Below are positions 38,261 through 46,197 of a stretch of DNA of 64,000 bases, piece by piece. Each line of letters starts with the position of its first letter. The stretch's first letter is position 1. This stretch comes from Thermoplasmata archaeon (GTDB lineage: Archaea; Thermoplasmatota; Thermoplasmata; RBG-16-68-12; JAFNFQ01), in assembly GCA_041489255.1 (NCBI GenBank), contig JBGPQV010000006.1:1-64000 (forward strand), in the 5' to 3' direction. Position numbers and translations under genes: made by a program. The notes under the pieces are model-generated. The model saw nothing but the letters and a program-made list of their open reading frames with translations. It was not told the origin of the DNA and did not search any database.

Positions 38261-39229
38261 CTAGTCTTTCTTCTTGACCAGGGGCGCCATCAGCGTCACG
38301 TAGGTGTGCAGGGCGTCCATCTGTATCTGCACCTTGCCCATCGTGACCGACAGCAGCTGCTCGTACTCGGTCTTCTGCTCGGCGAGGTACTTCAGCTCCT
38401 CGACGAACCTGTTGAAGACGCTGGGGACTACCTCCTCCTTCCTGTCGATGATCTCCTTGACCTGGCCGAAGACCTCGTCCAGCCTCTCGAGGGTCGCCTT
38501 CTCGTACCTCTTGAGGAGGGTCGCCCTCTCGCTCTCCCGGTCGATCACCGGCAGGGCCAGCATCTCGCTCCCCGGCAGCTTCTCCACGACGCGGGACACG
38601 GCCTCGATTGGCCCCATGTTCGGTCTCGGGACGAAGAATATCCCGCCGGACTCCCTCAGCGGCATCCTGAAGGACCTGTACAGCGCGTCGCTGATCATCC
38701 CTCTGATGTCGTCCGCTGCGAAGGACTTGCTGTAGACGTCGAACCAGTGCCTTATGTACGGCTCTATGCCGTTGTCACGCGGCTCGAACGCCTGCCTCTG
38801 CTTGAACTCGACCGAGTTCCGGGCCTTGTCGAACCTCGCGGCCGCGACGACCGGCATGGCGTCCTTCGCCGAGTCCAGGACTCTCCTCACGATGACCATC
38901 GTGTCCGAGATCTTCTGCGTCCGCTTGGTCACGGGGTCCTCGACGTATTCGTAGTCGACGTGGTACTCGCGCCCCTTCATGGAGACGTGGTTCTCCGACT
39001 GGACATCCCTTACGGCTCGCTTGAACGCGCTCGACGGCCTTGTGCGCTTCGGCCAGAACTCCTGGGGAACGCCCTCGGCCGCGAGCATCTGCTCCAGCTG
39101 CTCGTGGGGGATGACCTGGTCGGATACGGAGTACCACACGACTGAACCCAGTGGCTCGCTCACGGAGACCTGCGCGACGGCAACCTTCGCCATCTGGTCT
39201 CTTCCGATCGGTATCTCTACCTCTCGCAT
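38261..39229 (-). CDS. DUF6744-like protein that accompanies MoxR AAA/vWA pairs
   Basis: LGSVVWYSV, P....SSAFKRA and LRESGGIFFVP patterns. Confidence 0.75.
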   Translation of the reverse strand: MREVEIPIGRDQMAKVAVAQVSVSEPLGSVVWYSVSDQVIPHEQLEQMLAAEGVPQEFWPKRTRPSSAFKRAVRDVQSENHVSMKGREYHVDYEYVEDPVTKRTQKISDTMVIVRRVLDSAKDAMPVVAAARFDKARNSVEFKQRQAFEPRDNGIEPYIRHWFDVYSKSFAADDIRGMISDALYRSFRMPLRESGGIFFVPRPNMGPIEAVSRVVEKLPGSEMLALPVIDRESERATLLKRYEKATLERLDEVFGQVKEIIDRKEEVVPSVFNRFVEELKYLAEQKTEYEQLLSVTMGKVQIQMDALHTYVTLMAPLVKKKD

Positions 39230-39249
39230 TTACACCACCCGAAAAAGAC

Positions 39250-39492
39250 CTACCGCAGCAGAACGGACAGGTTCTTGTGTTCCTTCAGTCGGTTTCGTGT
39301 CCTCTGAATGAAGGTCTCGGGACATTCTCTCAGGAGGCGTACAAGGATGTCACGCGTTCCCATGTGGTAGGCATTCACTTCCGCTATCGTGACCGCCGTT
39401 ACCCGCGTCTTCTTTGCGAAGTCGTCGAGACCGACCATCTCGACAGCGCTCTTGAGCCATCGTTCGACAAGTTTGTCGAAGTTATCTCTCAC
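39250..39492 (-). CDS. Small hypothetical protein
   Basis: GTG after the motif; 80 aa. Confidence 0.7.
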   Translation of the reverse strand: MRDNFDKLVERWLKSAVEMVGLDDFAKKTRVTAVTIAEVNAYHMGTRDILVRLLRECPETFIQRTRNRLKEHKNLSVLLR

Positions 39493-39514
39493 TTTACCAC
39501 CCGAAAAAGCACGG

Positions 39515-40039
39515 TCATCCGACCGTGGTCGCGACGAGCCACCACTCGTCCGGCTTGGCTTCAATCTCCTTGATGCGGTCCTCGTCCACGCCACAGTGAT
39601 AGTTCTCAGGGTCATACAGGATGCCACAGGACGTCCAGTGTTGGGCGAGTATGTCGCCCGCGTTCCGAAGACAGTAGCCGACCATCCCCAGTTTGCGGCC
39701 CCTCTCGCCGCTTGCGGCCTCTTCAGGGACCAGTTCCTTGGTGCCGAACACCCCCGCCTCGTTCGCGTACCTCCTTGCCCCCTCGGTCCATTCCTGCACC
39801 GCTTCGATGCGGTGCTGCTCGAGCTCTCGGAGTCGAGCGACGAACTTCGCGGGGTCTTCCTTTGCACTCAGGACCTCTGCGTCGGAGTCGTCCTGCCACC
39901 CCAGCGCATCGACGTAGCCCTTGTCCCCCTCCACGAGGTCATGATTCTCGAAGAGGACTCCTATCTCGCCGTCCGCGGCCTTGATCGCCTCGTCACGGGT
40001 CGTCCCTTGGACCAGCATCATCATCGCGTATCCACTCAT
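39515..40039 (-). CDS. Hypothetical virus/plasmid-type protein
   Basis: ATG after the motif; acidic, 174 aa, ending PDEWWLVATTVG. Confidence 0.75.
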   Translation of the reverse strand: MSGYAMMMLVQGTTRDEAIKAADGEIGVLFENHDLVEGDKGYVDALGWQDDSDAEVLSAKEDPAKFVARLRELEQHRIEAVQEWTEGARRYANEAGVFGTKELVPEEAASGERGRKLGMVGYCLRNAGDILAQHWTSCGILYDPENYHCGVDEDRIKEIEAKPDEWWLVATTVG

Positions 40040-40061
40040 TACACCACCCGAAAAGGCCCCG

Positions 40062-40355
40062 TTACGGGGCAACCGACGACTTGCACTCCATACACTTGAA
40101 CCCATTGGGGACCACGCCGACCTCGGGCAGGACGACGTCGAACTCCTCGGCGTCGTGCTCCTCGTCCGGGCCGTCGAATCCGAACCATCGCATCCACGTG
40201 TGGCAATCCCCACAGTGATACAGCGACTGGTTGTGGTCAAGCACCTGGACCGGAGACATCTCCTTTCCGCAGCGCGGGCATTGATGCCCCTGGTCGCGCC
40301 ACCTCTCCCAATCCATGGGAACAAGCACGGGGACTATGTATTTCGATTCCGGCAT
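40062..40355 (-). CDS. Multi-Zn-ribbon protein
   Basis: CPRC, CGDC, CMEC. Confidence 0.7.
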   Translation of the reverse strand: MPESKYIVPVLVPMDWERWRDQGHQCPRCGKEMSPVQVLDHNQSLYHCGDCHTWMRWFGFDGPDEEHDAEEFDVVLPEVGVVPNGFKCMECKSSVAP

Positions 40356-40376
40356 TACACCACCCGAAAAAGGGAC

Positions 40377-40676
40377 TCAGGGAGCACCTTTCGCCTCTTC
40401 GGCCAGATCGACCTTGAGAACCCTGGCGCTGTTCACCTGCATCATCAGGCCGTAGTCATCGCACGTGACGTCGCCTGTTACCTCGACCGGCTGGGCCACG
40501 AGCATGTCCGCGAGCTGGTCCCTGATGACTTCCTGGTTGTCCTTCGACTCCGCCACGCAGGCGTCCAGCGTCTTCTTGAGAAGTCCCTCGGTCAGCTGCC
40601 TGTTGAAGATGGCGACCATCGCTCCGCTGCCGTCATCGACGACTGCTTTGACGCGAAGATCCGGCTCTGCATTCGA
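40377..40676 (-). pseudogene. C-terminal OB-fold fragment of an RPA/SSB homologue
   Basis: PDLRVKAVVDDGSG...FNRQLTE...GDVTCDDYGL is typical of the C-terminus of euryarchaeal RPA; the upstream part is missing. Confidence 0.75.
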
Positions 40677-40800
40677 TCCTATTGAGGCTGGACCTTTCTC
40701 ACGCCAACTCAATCGGCGGAGGTGACCCTCGGCGGATCGACTAGCATTGATTCGAGCTGTAGGGTCTATCTTTAAGTGGTGCGCGGAATTTCCATAGAAC

Positions 40801-41310
40801 GTGGAGAAGTACGTCTTTCGCAAATACGACGCCCGATATAGGACATTCTTTGAGATGGAAAAGGCAAAGCTCGCGGACATCCTCCGGGCGGCGATCATCG
40901 AACATGTCGGAAGCACTGCTGTTCCTGGATTGGGAGGAAAGGGAATCCTCGACATTGCGCTCGCCGTTCCCAAGAAAGGGCTGCAATCCGCCGAGAGAGC
41001 GCTGCGGGAGGCAGGTTACGAATTCCGGGCAAAGGCGAGCACTCCAGAACGATTGTTCTTCAGGAGAGACTATGCAGAGGGACGGAAAGTCAGACGGGTC
41101 CACCTCCACCTTATGCGCCTCGGCAGTCGGGACTTGAAGGAGCAAATCGCCTTCCGCGACTTCCTTATGGACCATCCGGACAGTGCACGCCGGTACGCGG
41201 AGGTCAAAAAGGAGGCGGCGAAAATGTCGAAGGGAGACGGTGATTTTTACAATGCCTACAAGAAACGCTTCATCGAAGATGCAATTGAACTGGCTCTTGC
41301 GGAGCGATGA
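40801..41310 (+). CDS. GrpB-family nucleotidyltransferase-fold protein
   Basis: IEHVGSTAVPGL.GK.ILDI, HLH, FRDFL, Y..VK, Y..YK..FI. Confidence 0.9.
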   Translation: MEKYVFRKYDARYRTFFEMEKAKLADILRAAIIEHVGSTAVPGLGGKGILDIALAVPKKGLQSAERALREAGYEFRAKASTPERLFFRRDYAEGRKVRRVHLHLMRLGSRDLKEQIAFRDFLMDHPDSARRYAEVKKEAAKMSKGDGDFYNAYKKRFIEDAIELALAER

Positions 41311-41437
41311 CTCTACGATTCAGTTCGAAGGAGGGCTGCACCTGTCGATGGTCGCTGTACCGACTGCGTCGTGCGCTCCCATGTCTGAGCAAGCCATCAT
41401 GTCAGTCGTCTTGGCGGCGATATGGGGCGACAGGTTA

Positions 41438-42577
41438 ATGTCGGCCACATCTAATCTGGGCTCCCGAGGCGATTCTTTGGGCCGCTACCATGTTAGGTGG
41501 ATAATTGATCCGGCGGTGCGAATCGAAGACGATTTTTCCATCGGATTCGAGGACGATGGCCGCACGATATTGACACATGTGACAGATACAACCGCAGCTC
41601 TGTCCGAAAGGGCCACCGTGTCCCCCGTCATCTCGGTAGACATGCAGCTTGACGCGAATACCCTTTCTGAGGCACTTCACGCAACGTATCGACCGGCGAG
41701 TTCCGTGGCTGGTATCCTATCCGTCATGTCGTGCACAGGTTTGCCCCCAATTGCACTCGCCTCCGCATTTGACTTCTCGGAGAACAAAACGGAACACGAC
41801 TTCATTCAGGTCGTTCAACTGCCCAGGACACGGGGAAGTGTCAGAACAGTATCGATGCGAACGTTTGAACAACTCAACAAAAGACTTGGCGCGCTCGATG
41901 AGAAGCAGCAGGGATGCGTATGGCGAGCCTTCAGGTGGGCGTCTCATGCAAACGAGGAGCGCAATTACCTATTCCGGTTCCTCGCTAACTGGTTTGTCCT
42001 TGAGTCCTTGGAAGAAATGCTCGCGTGTCGCATGGGTGTCTCTGGCAAGACGAAGGACAAGAACACTCCGAAAACGCCCGGAGTCGAAGCATTTATTCAA
42101 TCACAGCAAGGTCTCCCAGTAGGGTTCTATGATGTCATCAGAAGAATCCGCAACAAGATAGTCCACGGTTCCGGGAAGCTGGGTTTACTGGGGGACGACG
42201 TCAAACGTATCAATCCCTCGTTCTCCGCGGTCGCGTACCGGGCAATCGCCTTCGTTGCGAGTTGGGTTGTCCCAGCTGAAATGCCTGCCCCCACCGAGTG
42301 GTCATCGTTCCCGAAGAGGCTCTCCCTTCGCACGCGCGTCTACTCCAAAGAGCCAGGATACTTCGGACGAGGGCAGGAGTTGCCGCACTTCAATCCGAAC
42401 CGAATAATCCGCGCGGCCGCCCAGATACGCGGTGAAGGCATGATCGTCCTCCCGAGTGCCTCGGCATTCGAGCCGTTGATGGCTGAAGGTGTCACATTTG
42501 GCCCCGCAGCCTTAACAGTCCACAGCGCCGAGGTGGACTTCGCGGATGTCGATGTCACTTTCCATGGCGCAGGTTGA
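41438..42577 (+). CDS. MauJ/ApeA-like protein with a HEPN-type motif
   Basis: RAFRW...FRFL..WF.LESL and RNKIVHG (RxxxxH). Start uncertain. Confidence 0.6.
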   Translation: MSATSNLGSRGDSLGRYHVRWIIDPAVRIEDDFSIGFEDDGRTILTHVTDTTAALSERATVSPVISVDMQLDANTLSEALHATYRPASSVAGILSVMSCTGLPPIALASAFDFSENKTEHDFIQVVQLPRTRGSVRTVSMRTFEQLNKRLGALDEKQQGCVWRAFRWASHANEERNYLFRFLANWFVLESLEEMLACRMGVSGKTKDKNTPKTPGVEAFIQSQQGLPVGFYDVIRRIRNKIVHGSGKLGLLGDDVKRINPSFSAVAYRAIAFVASWVVPAEMPAPTEWSSFPKRLSLRTRVYSKEPGYFGRGQELPHFNPNRIIRAAAQIRGEGMIVLPSASAFEPLMAEGVTFGPAALTVHSAEVDFADVDVTFHGAG

Positions 42578-42761
42578 GGGCACCAACGAGAAATTGATCG
42601 TGGTGCCCGGTGCAGTGCAGCGACATTCGCTGAGACGTCCGCTGGAACAGCGTAGGGTATGTCCGTGGGGAAACCCTGCTCGTCATGGCACAGAAGGTCA
42701 TCAACGTCTCCTCATCACCATCTAGTGCTGGGTTCCCATGGTCTTCGCGGGCACTCGCATG

Positions 42762-43019
42762 TCAAAGGTTCATGCCTCTCGCCTTCGACAGGAATATCCA
42801 TCCAAATCCAGCTATCAGCACTATCAGTGTGAGCAAGGGCATTGCGATGAGATACCCAGGCAGATGGCCAGTAGAGGCCAAGATTCCGCTTCCTATGACC
42901 AGGAGAAGGAGAACTCGAAGGCCGTACTTGAAGGTCCCGAACCACTCTCCTCCGAGGCTCATCTTCGTGGCTCTCGACGCGCTGGTCGACATGCTAGTCA
43001 TTGTCCTTGACACCACCAT
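42762..43019 (-). CDS. Small membrane protein
   Basis: Two hydrophobic segments. Confidence 0.4.
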   Translation of the reverse strand: MVVSRTMTSMSTSASRATKMSLGGEWFGTFKYGLRVLLLLVIGSGILASTGHLPGYLIAMPLLTLIVLIAGFGWIFLSKARGMNL

Positions 43020-43686
43020 TGTGTCCCTTAGACGCGGTTCTCCTCCTCGTGACGCACTTGGTCCGTCCAGTCAGCTGTCTGACCTGATTCTCGGGTCGAG
43101 CCGACCCTCCACCATGATGCTTGTCAGCATCGCTCCTCGCCAGCGCCCTTCTTATTTCCGTCGCCGTGGTTTCACACATTGCAGCTATTGCATCAAGGGC
43201 ATCGAGCGCCTTTTCAGCGACCAGTCTGGCGTCCCGCGGTTCGTCTGTGGGCGTCTCATCTGCTGATGCACTGTCTCCAGGTTCGTTGTCAGTCGAGAAT
43301 CGGGAAGAGATTCGGGCCCGTGTCGCTTCCCCCTCCGCGCGCTCTGAGTCACCCCTCCAGTCACCACCAAAATCGCTCACCAAACCAGATCTGAGTTGAA
43401 ACCTTGCCCTGAGTCTACCGTTCTCGAAGAAGATGTAGGCGTTGCGGAGATTGGACTCGTAGCGAGTTACCGATCCCTCAGCAGATTCCGTTCTGATGCT
43501 CGTCAGGAGGCCGACGTCGAGTAGAGTCTGCGTCCGCCTATAGCACACCGCAACGGGGATCTTGTAGACTCTGGCTATCTCTTGGACCGTCATAGGCCGC
43601 TTGGATGTGGATATCAATATCTTTGCTGAATACTCGTCCGTAACCAGCCTTGATGCCTCCAGAGGTCCCAACGTTGGTCTGTCCAT
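42994..43686 (-). CDS. ArsR-like wHTH regulator with a C-terminal extension
   Basis: LVTDEYSAKIL..T...PMTVQEI...KIPVAVCYRR...L.DVGLL. Confidence 0.75.
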   Translation of the reverse strand: MDRPTLGPLEASRLVTDEYSAKILISTSKRPMTVQEIARVYKIPVAVCYRRTQTLLDVGLLTSIRTESAEGSVTRYESNLRNAYIFFENGRLRARFQLRSGLVSDFGGDWRGDSERAEGEATRARISSRFSTDNEPGDSASADETPTDEPRDARLVAEKALDALDAIAAMCETTATEIRRALARSDADKHHGGGSARPENQVRQLTGRTKCVTRRRTASKGHNGGVKDND

Positions 43687-43922
43687 GACTTCAGGCCTTG
43701 CGTATTGATGTGCCTACCCGCTAATAAAGATTGCTGTTATCTCACTAGATAATCGTCAAACATGACATTGCCAGAGATTGGCTGTTTCCATCATTATAAA
43801 TCCGTACAAAGAAGTCGATATCCGCCTTATCTATTCAGATAATAGATAACCAAGAACCCAGTTGCTGTGTTGAACCGATTGATGGCGGGAGCTCGGCATA
43901 GTAGCCCGCCTCTTCAGCAAGG

Positions 43923-44273
43923 ATGGAATGCGTGCCGAGCGAGGGTGAAAGGTACCTCAAGGACAAGAGGAATTCACCCGGGTACAGCGAACGGTTCGTT
44001 CAGCAGGGGGAACTGCACCTCAGCCTCGGCTGGCCGGACTCGCTGGACGATGAATCAGGGGCAACAAACGATGGGAAGACGGGGCCTATATTGCTTCCTC
44101 GAAGGCATGATTCTCTTCCTCGCCACAGTCAGGCGGATCCTAAGGATGCAGTACAAGCAGTTGGAAAGGTCCTCCATGGCTTTTCAAGGATTGTGGGCAA
44201 GGTCAAGCTTTTAGACTATACGACTCTCGGGTGGTGGATGGCAGGCATGGAGCTAGAAGTCTCCATGATATGA
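43923..44273 (+). CDS. Hypothetical protein
   Basis: 116-aa ORF with no recognisable motif. Confidence 0.35.
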   Translation: MECVPSEGERYLKDKRNSPGYSERFVQQGELHLSLGWPDSLDDESGATNDGKTGPILLPRRHDSLPRHSQADPKDAVQAVGKVLHGFSRIVGKVKLLDYTTLGWWMAGMELEVSMI

Positions 44274-44599
44274 GGCAATGCCCATTCGTGAACGCCTTCA
44301 ACTCCTCCGGTACAAAGGTCACTGATAAGGGCGAGTGGACGATGGAGAAACAGCAGCAGGCTAAACGGCGTGGAAATAGCTATCCTCCTCATGTTGCAAG
44401 AACCGCCAACTGCCAGCCTGATAGATAGAACCTAGGCGGTCCTATCTGTCTGGCTTCTTGCATCACATTGATGACAGTTGGCAGACCGACCTATGACACT
44501 CTGAATCGAAGCACTCGATGTTGAGCGATAACTGGCCGGTCACCAAGAGAGGATGCTGGCGATGGAGATGACATTAAGAGAACTGCTTGTTCTCGTCTT

Positions 44600-44893
44600 T
44601 CATGCGGTCTTCGGCTCCCGACGTCTCAGAAGCAGCAATCCTTGAAAGAGTGCTCCGAAAGCAAGAGTCATGACAATCTCGAAGAGAACGAAGAAGCTGT
44701 AACTGTTCCATGGAGCTGGCATCGGATGGCCCGACAAAGGCGCCAACAAGAAACCGTAGAAGGCTAGGACAATCAGCGCGAGAACCACCGCTGTGGCGAC
44801 GATAAGTGTCACGGTTTTTGCGAGTCGGCGAGTCTCTTGGGCAGAACTGTTACTTCCAGACGAACCTTCGTTAGACTCGGTACTCTCTTCCAT
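44600..44893 (-). CDS. Small 2-TM membrane protein
   Basis: Two TM helices and a basic tail. Confidence 0.6.
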   Translation of the reverse strand: MEESTESNEGSSGSNSSAQETRRLAKTVTLIVATAVVLALIVLAFYGFLLAPLSGHPMPAPWNSYSFFVLFEIVMTLAFGALFQGLLLLRRREPKTA

Positions 44894-45110
44894 GGTCTGA
44901 CCTAGGCTCCGCTCCGTCTGACACGATACCTGGTTCAGGGATATAGATTCTTTCGAACAGGCAAGGTTACTGCTTTAGGGGGAGATTCCTCATCTGGCCA
45001 GTCTGGCAGGAGTAATCATCTTTGTTCGCGCCGTGGACAGTTGAGTAGGTCGGTTTCATCGCCTCAAGAAGCCTTTTCGCCTTAGGATAGCTTCTCCGCC
45101 ATGAGCAGCA

Positions 45111-45226
45111 GTCACCTTGTACCCGTACACCTCCTGGCCGTCGGATGCCCCGTCACCGTCGCAGTCGTACGCCGATGGGTTGGTCCCCTCGCCCCTCTCC
45201 CCGTGGAACTTCGCCTGGTTGGAGGG
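45111..45226 (-). repeat. Orphan duplicate of an internal segment (47615-47730) of the giant surface-protein gene
   Basis: QAKFHGERG..TNP..YDCDGDGASDGQEVYGYKVT is shared at both DNA and protein level. Confidence 0.85.
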
Positions 45227-45676
45227 ACCGCTTCGTGACACCAAGAACAGTGCGAATGTGACGGGCAGCCCCAACCAAGGAGCTAGCCTCCATTATGTGG
45301 CATGTTGTGTGTGCTGTCTCTTCCCGATAACCACGCTTGCCACGCCTCCATCGAGGAATCGCCCACTCTTCATCCTGAAAATGGCGAATTGTGCACGCAG
45401 AGATGTCTGTCACTAAGCAGGCTCCAAACCACTTGTCTCCATGATTCCTTCAATAAACGTTTCAGCAGCTGACGAGAAGGTTCCCGAGGCACGATTCCTG
45501 TTTGTCTGTTATCAGCCATCCCGCTCGCCGCGTGCTCAAGATCAAGAAGGCGAATCAAGAGCTATTCGAATAGACCTTCAGCCAAAAAGCAATACCAGAC
45601 GCCTGAGTGCATTGCGTCGCCCCTGATAGGGTATGCCGTTGGTTGTGATTTTTCCGACACAATAAGTCAACCGAGA

Positions 45677-46159
45677 CTATACCTCTTTCTTGGCGTAAGG
45701 GATCTTGAGTCGAACCAGTTCCTTCTCAACTTCCTTGCACACAAGTTCGCCAGAGTAGAAACGAACAAATGAGCGACGTCTGCCGGGCCTGTAGAACTGC
45801 ATGGTGCAGATGGCCGCAGTGAGAAAAGGATTGGCTTCCATGTGGAAAACTCGAACCCTCGACACATTGTTCCACGCCACGATGACAGGCTGAGTCCGGC
45901 GGCGATAAGACAGCTTCACCCCTTCACCTCCTATCCTCACGCTGGACGGAAATGTAGTCGCGACCCAAAAGTCTACTCCCAGGAAGCCTAGAGCCGCCAA
46001 AGGGAGAACCATGAGGAGAAGGCCGGGGTAGTTCAGCATAAACGTGAGCACCACGCCAAGTCCGACCGCTGGAACCACAAACGCGACAATAAGGACCTGG
46101 GCGCCTTTCCGCGTGAGACGAGATGTCCTCATCTGGTCACCGTCCATCATGTGCTCCAC
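45677..46159 (-). CDS. 2-TM membrane protein with a PH-like C-terminus
   Basis: Directly downstream of, and co-oriented with, the giant gene. Confidence 0.65.
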   Translation of the reverse strand: MEHMMDGDQMRTSRLTRKGAQVLIVAFVVPAVGLGVVLTFMLNYPGLLLMVLPLAALGFLGVDFWVATTFPSSVRIGGEGVKLSYRRRTQPVIVAWNNVSRVRVFHMEANPFLTAAICTMQFYRPGRRRSFVRFYSGELVCKEVEKELVRLKIPYAKKEV

Positions 46160-46197
46160 GTCGTTCCCTTTTTCCGAGCCGTTGATTGTCGAACCCC

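Larger units (their letters stand above)
29431..40371 (-). repeat. 22 copies of the intergenic motif TTT(TT)CGGGT(GGTG), most preceded by a stop-codon hairpin
   Basis: Seen as (c/t)accacccgaaa or a close variant at ~29565, 30636, 30915, 31726, 31945, 32184, 32661, 32892, 33724, 33822, 34598, 34995, 35322, 36837, 38043, 38228, 39233, 39495, 40042, 40358. Opposite-orientation copies at 29431 and 35104. Confidence 0.95.
18900..40700. mobile_element. Degenerate integrated element (provirus/plasmid-like): integrase, defence cargo and a motif-punctuated gene array
   Basis: Integrase, Ku/ligase, truncated RPA and PCNA, small Zn-finger genes, inversions. No att repeats found, so the boundaries are approximate. 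Confidence 0.6.

Noticed and set aside
35312-39145. Long plus-strand ORFs (35312..36823, 36630..38027, 38306..39145) and similar shadows elsewhere
   Set aside because: Antisense shadows of clear minus-strand genes in GC-rich DNA, with no motifs of their own.
29431-40371. Motif array read as a CRISPR array
   Set aside because: The repeat is only ~13 nt, the spacers are 100-1500 bp and are whole genes, and there are no cas genes.
19567-40371. Classical integron (IntI + attC)
   Set aside because: No RYYYAAC/GTTRRRY attC boxes, the integrase shows no IntI-specific insertion that I can recognise, and it lies 9 kb from the array.
40677-40973. N-terminal part of track ORF 40377..40973
   Set aside because: It overlaps the GrpB gene on the opposite strand; only the C-terminal ~100 aa are RPA-like.
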